DNA from: Macrostomum lignano | Taxonomy: Eukaryota | Direction: 5' to 3' | Assembly (NCBI GenBank): GCA_002269645.1 | Contig: NIVC01002849.1 | Location: forward strand, 1 to 64,000 | Length of the DNA: 64,000 nucleotides | Shown here: positions 12,221 to 22,892 of the stretch, piece by piece | How the letters are laid out: the number at the start of each line of letters is the position of its first letter | Position numbering within the stretch: the stretch's first letter is position 1 | Notes under the pieces: model-generated | The model's input: the letters and a program-made list of their open reading frames with translations, nothing else | Told to the model about the DNA's origin: nothing | Databases searched by the model: none | Position numbers and translations under genes: made by a program

Positions 12221-13918
12221 GGAATATTTTCTATTTAGAGGGATTGTCTATTTTGTTGTCTGTTTTTTAATTTTGGAAAAAATAAATTCATTACAAATAT
12301 CATTGTCTGTGACAATTTTACATGAATAAGGTGATTTTTAAAAGTAAAGAAGAATTGGTTTTTAAGAAAATATGCTGTTTTAATTGTTTTCCATGAACTA
12401 TTTTTGCTTTTTGCTTATTGGGCACCCCAAAGGAGGCTGCACTAGATTGCTAGTTACTACTACTATATTTTATTAGCCTAACTTGTAGTTTAGTATAAGT
12501 TAGTACCACTAGAGTATAGAGCCTAGACAAACTCAGGTTTTGGTCAAGTCAAGTACTTGACCAAACTTTGGGGTTTGAGCTGAGTATTCAAGTTGAGTTT
12601 TGTCAAGTAGTCAAGTAGAATGAAAATTTGGTAATTAGTGAATTTCAAACCTCAACCTTGCTTTTTGATTAGTGTTATATTTTTTTGCATTAAACTTTAT
12701 ATTTTTTATTTTGTTCATATTTCCAATAACTAGAGATTCTTAAACAACACTTTTTAGCACAAAATCTTGCTTTTCAATTACTTTTGTTTGAGTAAGTTAA
12801 TTGATTCATTTAAGTGGACATATTCTAAGAAATCAGAATAACCTCAAACTAAATAAACAAATCAATTTAGCATACTTATCTCATTTAGTCCTTTCAAAAT
12901 TGCTTCTAAACAATTTTTATAGTATACTTAAAATTGTAAACACTTTATTAATCCTACTCAACTTTTCCCAATTCCCGACATTTATTCCCAATATGGTCAG
13001 GAATCTGAAAAAATACCTAGGTCCCAACCAAGTTAGGATTAGGACTGGGATCCTAGTCAGGCTCTAATAGATAATAGTACAAAACAAAAGGCTCAAATGT
13101 ACTTTTACATAATTGATATATATGTAGCAATATGCAAAAGTAAACTACTAACTATGGTTTTGCTTGTGCCATTGTATGTAATTATACTATAAGGTATATA
13201 AATATAAATATAAAAATATTAAAAAAATATAAATAAGGTATATAAGGTACATATAAAAGGTTAAAAGTTGGTAATGGCCTATTAGGTAAGCCATAGTCTG
13301 GATCATTGTATGCCCAGAATAAATCTTATTAAAATAGTTTAATTGCACTGTGTGCAACTTTTTTTGTAAAAAATACAAAACACAAAAATCAACATTTTTA
13401 GTTTAAAAAATACTAGTTAAACTTGTATTTGAATCTGCTTTATAGAATATAATGTTAATATATTTTAATTGAAAAAGCCATTAATATACTAACAAACAAA
13501 AAACTTTTAAGATTGAGATTGAGATCTTAGTTCGACTCTACATAAGGTATTGGCCTAAGATAAGAAGACTTGTATGCTAGAATTTTCTAGGTAAAAGGAT
13601 ATATTGAAAATGGATCTTGAGTTTAAAAAAATTTCAAAAATATGATATCATCTTTTTTGTCTGCCTTTTTAATTTATAGGCTACATCATTTTTTTCAAAA
13701 GGCAAAAAGAAATTGTCCAAAAATAGGATAGCCTCAGTGTCTCACCAATTGGCAATTGCTTGGCCTTGTTTCTTTTTTGACTTGGAATAGGGCCTAAAGG
13801 CTAAAGCATTTTGAATATTAATAAGTTTATTGTAACTTAAACTTTAATTTAGTATAAAATTAACATAGAATCCTAATTGTGTAAATGAAAAGCTTTATGA
13901 ATACTCGTATCAATAGAA

Positions 13919-14176
13919 TTATACTATAAGAAACGCAAAACATATAAAAATGACAAGATCAAAAGCAATAGCAATTTTGTAAAAAATATACAAAGACCTC
14001 CACCTCCTATCTCTGTAATGTATTTTTTTGTAAAACCGGCCTCCTAAAATATTCAAATAAACGTAGTTTCCTGTCCTACTCGAGTAGTCATTTACAAGGT
14101 CTTGACTCAAAATGAGGAGCAAGGCAGCAAGCCTGCAGGCCTGTACTATAGGCCTACTGGTCTCTGTAAATACAAA
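13919..14176 (-). CDS. Candidate terminal exon of an unidentified membrane protein
   Basis: Acceptor TTTGCAG at 14177, then an open frame FVFTETSRPIVQACRLAALLLIL...IAIAFDLVIFICFAFLIV* with two hydrophobic stretches. No family recognised. Confidence 0.25.
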   Translation of the reverse strand, partial: FVFTETSRPIVQACRLAALLLILSQDLVNDYSSRTGNYVYLNILGGRFYKKIHYRDRRWRSLYIFYKIAIAFDLVIFICFAFLIV

Positions 14177-16898
14177 CTGCAAATTTAAAAAGATTCAAAA
14201 TACAACTCCTTGTCAAAGTTAAAGCCAATAAAATATAAACAAAATTACTATACACGTCATATTATTTTTAGGGAAAATTCTAAAAAACTTACTTCATGAA
14301 TTTTTTTCATTATTAGTTAATGCTCGTCTTTACTTAGCTAAAGTTATTGCATTTACACGCGGTCTTGAGTTTTTATTCCAATACATCAATTCATCCACTC
14401 ACCAAGGGACGAAGCCAAAAATCATAAGAGTACTGATTTATGAAGCAACGATAAATTTTTACTACCCCGAAAGGAACAAAGTTCATTTGTGATTGTGACT
14501 TAACTTTCGGTCTACATGTACATGTATATGGGAGCATGGCTTGGATAATACATGTATAACATGTACATGTAGTTTTCTGCTAAAACAATAATACAATAAT
14601 TTTCACTATGCCTAGTAAAGATCCATATAATAGCGCTTAATAAAGTATACATGCATGCAGCTGTTGCTTTGAAACAGTACATGTATATTTAAATGTAACA
14701 TTGCTCTTCGTTCGATCAAAAAAAAACATAAGCCAATACCTGCATAGTACATGCAATAGTAGCTGCAATTAGTTACACACATGTAGTAAAATTATTGCAA
14801 GCACATATACTGCATTCTATTGTGAAAAATCCACATGCGATACATTGTACGTTTAAAATTAAAGCACAGGATACGCAAGGGCGCACAATATGAGCAAGCG
14901 CAGCAGCGAGAAGTACAAACCAGTTCAAAATGATGCACTCGAATCTCAAAACGATTTAGTCGTGACTTTGACTAGTTTCATTTTTTACTCTATCGCATAG
15001 AATTTATCCCTGCTTCTGTTGAACTCTACCAGCAGTTCGCTCGAGCTGACGAACCAGTTTGGCCAGGCCGGTCTTGCCCGAAGCTTTGCGGCGTGACGAG
15101 TCTGCGAAATAATTGATATTAATCATGGGGCTAACTGAGTACTACAGTAAATCCGAGCGAGATCAAAATTTTAACGGCTTTCCATTGGTTTTGTTGGAAA
15201 ATTTGCTGTACAATTAAATTAATTAATTTGGCCGTTAGAGCGCGGAAAATTGCATTGCTTCGAGCTATAATAGTGATCACGCCTATGAGGAAATTGAACC
15301 AATCAAATGATGAGCCAATAATCAAAGTACGGCCGGAAGGCGAAAAAGGCTCCACATTATCCCGGCCCCATAATACATGTGTGTACATGTAAATGTGCTG
15401 ATGTGCGTCATACGTAATCCGTAGGTGTCGGAACCGTGGGGGCATGGGGGCATGGGAGGGGGGGGGGGGCTGAAGCCCCCACATTTGATCGATTTTTGAA
15501 ACGGTGCACTCGGTATCTTGCAAGCAGGGACCGCGGATGGGAAGGGTATAAGGGTAGCTGAGCTGCCCACTCTGGCACTGAGATGAAAGTTTTGAGTCTG
15601 CTAAGTCTCAATGCTTAACTCCAATGGAGACCCATCTGCGGGAGGTCGAAGTGGTCAAAGACCACAAGCTGTAAATAATAAACATCCTGTTGACAACACC
15701 AAAGTAGCAATAATTAAAATCTCTCATACGCTCGCAAAGCGCTCCAAAATATTGTCTGCGTCGCGATAAAAAGGCGCTAAAATATTGCGGTCAGTAATAG
15801 GAATTAAAGAACTCTTGCCCAAACTGGCCCGCTGCATGCTTGCAAGTGACTTTTAGGTTTACTAAGTGCACCCTTTCAATTGAGAGGCCCCCCTTCCGAC
15901 ACGTCTGTGTGCATCCATGTGGTGTGCTGTGCACCGGCTGTTGGTCGACTGTCGCCTTGAGTTGCGGCAGTCCTGACTCCCAAATTTTGCGCCATGGCGC
16001 TGACGGACAGGCGATGGCACTTCCACAATGTCAACAGTTCGTTTACTTTGGCAGTCTGATTCCCAACGTCCTGCAGCGAGCTGCGGCGGTACCGTGGGTT
16101 TTTCTGGGCCACCTTTGGTTCTGTAAGGGGCTGGTGGTCGAGGTATCCTGTGTTACAACACCGAAACCTGGACGCTGGCAGATTCAATAGAACAGCAAGT
16201 TGACGCGGTGCACATACGCTTTCAAGATCGGTGACGAGTGAATCACCAACGCGGCACTGTATTGCCACACCGGCCTGGCCCGTTTAAGCGACTTGTTACA
16301 TGACCCGTTGGGGACTCCAGCTGGCAGGACACAGCATCATAATCTTCTTCCTCCTCATATTCAAGGCGCGGCTGATAGGGCCAGGGGCAAAATGCGCCCC
16401 AGACTGCGGAGCAGCCTGATAAGCACGGCCATACACTCCATCAAGGTCTTGGTGAAGGTCGTCTGACGCGACAAAGACAAGGTGATCGAGGGGTTTCCTC
16501 CAATGCCTCAGTCTGGGCAGAGGGGGGGGGGCGTCGATCCCCAGCCGCGGGACTGAGTGCTGGGCCCCGCGCTGAGCTGGTTAAAGAGCACCTGGTAACG
16601 TCTACGTCTTGGTAGGTTGTTCGGCGGCGGCCAAGTTGGGCCCGTGGTGGAGGCGTCCAAGGCGTATCTGCAGCGGCGGGCCAAGGCCTTGACTACTTCC
16701 AGTTAGACCGGTCTGGCTCTGGTTATTTGCAGCGGCCTTGGCCGCCACTCGGTTTCTCTGCCTCAATACCAGCAAGGCCACAGTCGGCGGGACCCAGCAG
16801 AAATTTAAACTTTAGAGCCGGAACTTGGAGATTAAGAATGAGGTCGTCCTAGCACTCGGCAGCGACAGCGACAGCTTGTAGGAGCCGGTCTGCACTCG

Positions 16899-16961
16899 TG
16901 TTGTTGTTATTGTTGTTGTTGCTGTTGTTGTTGTTGTTGTTGTTGTTATTGCTGTTGTTGC
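16899..16961. repeat. (GTT)n microsatellite
   Basis: Directly visible. Confidence 0.9.
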
Positions 16962-17011
16962 CTGCTAAAATAACCCCATGTGAGCAAAGACACAAACTAA
17001 GCGAAACAAAC

Positions 17012-19936
17012 CTCGCCCATGTGCTTGAACTCTTCTAGATGGCGTAAGTACAGCAGCAGACGAGCCTCCGCAAGCAGTTGGTTGTTGTGAATGATTATCC
17101 GGTTTTGCGGTTGCCTCTCTGACTTGGCCAATCAAAGCGGGCGTCTCCGCTGTAGCCTGGTCCATGGTGCACTCTCGCTTGAACTCCTCAGGGCCCGCTC
17201 CTGGTTCGGTAGCTTCAGGCCGGCACCAGCTCTGCTTCAGTCGCTTCAGCCTTTGGCTCAGGCTGTCCAACTGGTCGGGACTGCGGATCTCCGGCTTTGG
17301 CAACGGGTCCGAAGTCCGCTCGCCAGCTGAGTCTCTGTTTGACAATCCGTCTGCGGGATTATCTAGATTAGATCAGGGCTGTGAGTGCGATTCGAACTTA
17401 GCAAACCACTTGATCAACCTAATTAATCAATAAAACTATCTGAGTTGAGCAATGGGATTTGTCCGAGTTGAGCAATGGGATTTGTCTGAGTTGAGCAATG
17501 GGATCTGTCCGAATTGAGCAATGGGATTTGTCCGAGTTGAGCAATGGGAGTTGTCCGAATTGAGCAATGGGATTTGTCTGAGTTGAGCAATGGGAGTTGT
17601 CCGAATTGAGCAATGGGATTTGTCCGAGTTGAGCAATGGGAGTTGTCCGAATTGAGCAATGGGATTTGTCTGAGTTGAGCAATGGGATTTGTCCGAGTTG
17701 AGCAATGGGATTTGTCTGAGTTGAGCAATGGGATCTGTCCGAATTGAGCAATGGGATTTGTCCGAGTTGAGCAATGGGAGTTGTCCGAATTGAGCAATGG
17801 GATTTGTCTGAGTTGAGCAATGGGAGTTGTCCGAATTGAGCAATGGGATTTGTCCGAGTTGAGCAATGGGATTTGTCTGAGTTGAGCAATGGGATTTGTC
17901 CGAGTTGAGCAATGGGCTTTGTCTGAGTTGAGCAATGGGATTTGTCCGAGTTGAGCAATGGGATTTGTCTGAGTTGAGCAATGGGATTTGTCCGAGTTGA
18001 GCAATGGGATTTGTCCGAATTGAGCAATGGGCTTTGTTCGAGTTGAGCAATGGGATTTGTCTGAGTTGAGCAATGGGAGTTGTCCGAGTTGAGCAATGGG
18101 ATTTGTCTGAGTTGAGCAATGGGATCTGTCCGAATTGAGCAATGGGATTTGTCCGAGTTGAGCAATGGGAGTTGTCCGAATTGAGCAATGGGATTTGTCT
18201 GAGTTGAGCAATGGGAGTTGTCCGAATTGAGCAATGGGATTTGTCCGAGTTGAGCAATGGGATTTGTCTGAGTTGAGCAATGGGATTTGTCCGAGTTGAG
18301 CAATGGGCTTTGTCTGAGTTGAGCAATGGGATTTGTCCGAGTTGAGCAATGGGATTTGTCCGAGTTGAGCAATGGGAGTTGTCTGAGTTGAGCATTGAGA
18401 TTTGTTCAAGTTGAGCAATGGGATTTGTCCGAGTTGAGCAATCGGATTTGTCCGAGTTGAGCAATGGGATTTGTTCAAGTTGAGCAATGGGATTTGTCCG
18501 AGTTGAGCAATGGGATTTGTCCGAGTTGAGCAATGGGAGTTGTCTGAGTTGAGCAATGGGAGTTGTCCGAGTTGAGCAATGGGATTTGTCCGAGTTGAGC
18601 AATGGGATTTGTCCGAGTTGAGCAATGGGATTTGTCCGAGTTGAGCAATGGGAGTTGTCCGAGTTGAGCAATGGGATTTGTCCGAGTTGAGCAATGGGAT
18701 TTGTCCGAGTTGAGCAATGGGAGTTGTCCGAGTTGAGCAATGGGAGTTGTCCGAGTTGAGCAATGGGATTTGTCCGAGTTGAGCAATGGGATTTGTCCGA
18801 GTTGAGCAATGGGAGTTGTCCGAGTTGAGCAATGGGAGTTGTCCGAGTTGAGCAATGGGATTTGTCCGAGTTGAGCAATGGGATTTGTCCGAGTTGAGCA
18901 ATGGGAGTTGTCCGAGTTGAGCAATGGGATTTGTCCGAGTTGAGCAATGGGAGTTGTCCGAGTTGAGCAATGGGAGTTGTCCGAGTTGAGCAATGGGATT
19001 TGTCCGAGTTGAGCAATGGGCTTTGTCCGAGTTGAGCAATGGGATTTGTTCAAGTTGAGCAATGGGATTTGTCCGAGTTGAGCAATGGGCTTTGTCCGAG
19101 TTGAGCAATGGGCTTTGTCTGAGTTTAGCAATGGGATTTGTCCGAGTTGAGCAATGGGATTTGTCTGAGTTGAGCAATGGGCTTTGTCCGAGTTGAGCAA
19201 TGGGCTTTGTCTGAGTTTAGCAATGGGAGTTGTCCGAGTTGAGCAATGGGAGTTGTCCGAGTTGAGCAATGGGCTTTGTCCGAGTTGAGCAATGGGCTTT
19301 GTCTGAGTTTAGCAATGGGATTTGTCCGAGTTGAGCAATGGGATTTGTCTGAGTTGAGCAATGGGCTTTGTCCGAGTTGAGCAATGGGATTTGTCCGAGT
19401 TGAGCAATGGGAGTTGTCCGAGTTGAGCAATGGGAGTTGTCCGAGTTTAGCAATGGGATTTGTCCGAGTTGAGCAATGGGATTTGTCCGAGTTGAGCAAT
19501 GGGAGTTGTCCGACTTGAGCAATGGGATTTGTCCGAGTTGAGCAATGGGAGTTGTCCGAGTTGAGCAATGGGATTTGTCCGAGTTGAGCAATGGGATTTG
19601 TTCGAGTTGAGCAGAGAGATCTGAGATAAGCCGAATTAACTGGCTGCTGCATAGGCACTGTGAGACTGCAAAGAAATTTCAGAAAGCAGCAACAGTCTTA
19701 CCCCCGGAATCATCCGCATCGACTTGACTGCAGACATTGTGCAGCACTGGCCACAGAATCAGGGACCCGCTGTCACTGGCGCCATCTGGCTGGCAACTGG
19801 CGCTGACAGAAAGGTCAAACTGCAGGGTAAGCGGGAAGCTGCTCAATCGAGTGGGATCATTGTCGCTGTGATTGCAGTCACAGCATTCGTCACAGTGACA
19901 GCTGCCATTGTGAACGAGCCACTGCTCACCAGACAT
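17012..19936 (-). CDS. Candidate two-exon segment of an unidentified gene; complement(join(17012..17362,19702..19936))
   Basis: Acceptor CACAG at 19941, ATG at 19936 (MSGEQWLVHNGSCHCDECCDC...), donor G|GTAAG at 19701 (phase 1). Acceptor CTAG at 17363 restores the frame of ORF 16965..17345. The intron is almost entirely the 23-bp satellite. No homology recognised. Confidence 0.35.
17440..19615. repeat. Minisatellite, 23-bp unit GAGTTGAGCAATGGGATTTGTCC, about 95 copies
   Basis: Directly visible; the 23-aa periodic ORFs span three units. Confidence 0.97.
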
Positions 19937-20556
19937 TGCGCTGTGATTAAGTGTGATCGATAGAAGCAGTTCTTTATATAAGCACAAAGGAAAAAGGATG
20001 CAAAAGCAGAATTTGCGGTAACTATATAGAGGAACTTTAGTTTTGGACATAGACTACCAATGCAATGTTGGAACTTCAAATTACAAAATTTTGCTAGGGA
20101 TCTTTATAGAGGATTTGTTAATAACACAGGTGCCCTCAAACAAAGCCTAATCAGCTCGAACTTACATGTAGGTCGTAGGGCCTTCAGAAGTCCAGATTTG
20201 GCCCAGAGATTCCCAATAAAATTGGGATGCGATTGCTTAATTCTATAAATGCCCGTGGGTTCATTAGTTTACCGTATTTTAGTAGACAAGATGGGGGCCA
20301 CCGGGGCAACTGGACAGCAAATTGCCATGTCCTACCCAAACTTTCGATCAGCATGCTCGTTCAGACTACTTACTTTAAAGTAGCTTGAACGAGTATTAAT
20401 ATCTGAATGTACTGGGAATAGCACCGTCACGACCCGCGGAGAGGAAGAGCAAGGAATGGGGCGCGTTCTTTAGCGATAACAACAACAACCTGCAGCGTCA
20501 GCAGCAGCGAGCAAGACTCGAATCATCAAGGATGTTGGAATTATCGAAGAAATGGG

Positions 20557-22235
20557 TCGGCAAAGTCCGGCCCGCCAAGCCTCTCTATCCGGCCCTCGGG
20601 TCCTTTGAAATTTCACAATAGCAATCCGGCCCGCTCAAGGTTTGTGTCTCTTCTCAGCTCTCTTACCTCCTTTCTCCCCTCTTCTCTCGATCCTCTCTCC
20701 CCTCTTCTCCCGATCCTCTCCCCTCTTCTCTCGATCCTCTCTCCCCTCTTCTCTCGATCCTCTCTCCCCTCTTCTCTCGATCCTCTCTCCCGTCTTCTCT
20801 CGATCCTCTCTCCCCTCTTCTCTCGATCCTCTCTCCCCTCTTCTCTCGATCCTCTCTCCCCTCTTCTCTCGATCCTCTCTTCCCTTTCTCTCTCCTCTCT
20901 CATCTCGTCTTCTCTCATCTCTCATCTCCTCTTCCCTATTCTCTCGCACCTCTATTTACTCTTCTCTCCTCTCTCAGCTAGCCCACAGTCATTAGCTAGG
21001 CTTTCAATCTGGTCTTTTAGTTTAGCTTCTTGATCTAAGTCTGGTCGAATAATCTAAGATTCTGGAATCATAATTGAATTGAATAAGTTGAGCTGCAAAC
21101 GAGTGCAATTATATAGAATTAAATGATAGATTAATGAAAAGACACGAGATAGAACGGTTAGTTATAGTGGAAGAAGGAAGTTGAATGGAAGGCACAGGGG
21201 GGGGGCATGTCTGCTTCAGCCCGAGCGCTGACAACGCGCTCTGATGGAATAGCGGACCATGATGGATGGCCGCGGCCTTTGATTAACCTGTGCCGGCGCC
21301 GCTAGACAAGCGGCTGCCCTGCGCTTCCTCCCGGCTGCCAAAGCGGGCTTTTCAAGATTGCTTGAAATTTTCTCACTCAGCGCCGGCCAGGGGCGGGCGG
21401 GCGGAGGCCCGTGTCAACGGGTTCAGCATTGAAGCTGATCAAGAGAGATCCGCCGATCCTCGCCCCGGGTTTCAAGCGGGCTCCGCCGACTTTTGACTGA
21501 TCGATGATCTGCTTTTTAGAAGCAGATCGGCCTGACGCGTGCAGCACGAGGCTGGCGGAAACTTGCTGCGCGCTTCGCCAAGTCAAGCACCTCAGATCAG
21601 CCGCGGCACACGTCAACGACTTTCCTCAATGATCCCTTCTGTGGGGCTCTTGATCGGTGTTTGGGATCTGTTTAGGTGGGCTTGCAGACCTGAGGCATTG
21701 CGGAGGGGTAAACACTTTCTTCTTCTATCGCCGTTCCTTGCAATTTCTTTCACTTTAGCTACTCCCCGGAGTTCACTGCAGCTGGGAGGGGCGCTTGAGT
21801 TGAGTACCTTCTCTCGGTACTCAGCCTTGCTAGCAGGGTTTTGCATGGAATTTGCAAATTTTATGCAGCCGTGAGTCATACCTGTGGAATTTCATTGGAA
21901 ATCTTGACCTATTGAGCACCCCTACATTATTAATCCTAAACCAGGGACAGCGAAGACCTCAAGTTTAGTGTAGCTGCATGTAAAACAGGCTTTCTGTTGT
22001 TGTCCATCTTTTTACCTCAAGGGCCAGATGAAAGTTTGAGCGCATGATTGCGGGCAAGAGGGGGGTAGAAATGAGATGGAATAGAGGAGAAGGAAGGAGA
22101 GGAGAGACGAGATTAGAGAGGAGCGAGCTGAGAAGAGACACAAATAGACCTTGAGAGGGCCGGATTGCTAATTGTGAAGTTTCAAAGGATCCGCGGGGAC
22201 CGGATAGAGAGGCTTGGCGGGCCGGAGTTTGCCGA
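20557..22235. mobile_element. Non-autonomous DNA element with long imperfect terminal inverted repeats (MITE/foldback-like), about 1.68 kb
   Basis: 20557-20660 (TCGGCAAAGTCCGGCCCGCCAAGCCTCTCTATCCGG...GTGTCTCTTCTCAGCTC) matches the reverse complement of about 22130-22235 at roughly 85-90% identity. Both arms continue into CT-/GA-rich DNA. No TSD or transposase found. Confidence 0.75.
20685..20885. repeat. Pyrimidine-rich minisatellite, 23-bp unit TCGATCCTCTCTCCCCTCTTCTC, inside the left arm of the TIR element
   Basis: Directly visible. Confidence 0.9.
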
Positions 22236-22242
22236 GGATCGC

Positions 22243-22735
22243 CATCATAAACCCGAAAAATCACAAACCCGAAATATCACAAACCCGAAATATCACAAAC
22301 CCGAAATATCACAAACCCGAAATATCACAAACCCGAAATATCACAAACCCGAAATATCATAAACCCGAAATATCACAAACCCGAAATATCATAAACCCGA
22401 AATATCACAAACCCGAAATATCATAAACCCGAAATATCACAAACCCGAAATATCATAAACCCGAAATATCACAAACCCGAAATATCATAAACCCGAAATA
22501 TCATAAACCCGAAATATCACAAACCCGAAATATCACAAACCCGAAATATCACAAACCCGAAATAACACAAACCCGAAATAACACAAACCCGAAATATCAC
22601 AAACCCGAAATATCACAAACCCGAAATAACACAAACCCGAAATATCCCAAACCCGAAATATCAAAACTCAGAAAACCAAAATAGTGTTGGACACTGCTAG
22701 ACCTTTCGGAGTTGTGATTTTTCGGGTTTGTGATG
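22243..22735. mobile_element. Small inverted-repeat element (about 490 bp) filled by a 16-bp minisatellite CACAAACCCGAAATAT (about 26 copies, 22243-22670)
   Basis: The left end CATCATAAACCCGAAAAATCACAAACCCGAAA is mirrored by the reverse complement of 22704-22735 (CATCACAAACCCGAAAAATCACAACTCCGAAA). The array itself is certain; its status as a mobile element is inferred. Confidence 0.6.
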
Positions 22736-22892
22736 CCCCCCCCCCAAGCATAGCTTGAAACTGATTTGGCAGGCGACTTCGTTGACTTGACTTAGCTGCA
22801 GGGGGCGTCCGGCGGATGCAGCGAGGAGGCGGAGGAGACCGCCCATTCCGCTAGCCCCTGGCGACCAACGACTTCCGTTGAAGTGGTGTCGC

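Noticed and set aside
15560-16890. GC-rich island with faint resemblance to retroelement protease or DIRS motifs
   Set aside because: Many stops and no intact diagnostic motif; resemblance too weak to support.
17419-19658. Long ORFs (up to 584 aa) with a 23-aa period
   Set aside because: Translations of the 23-bp satellite; the same peptide appears in all three frames.
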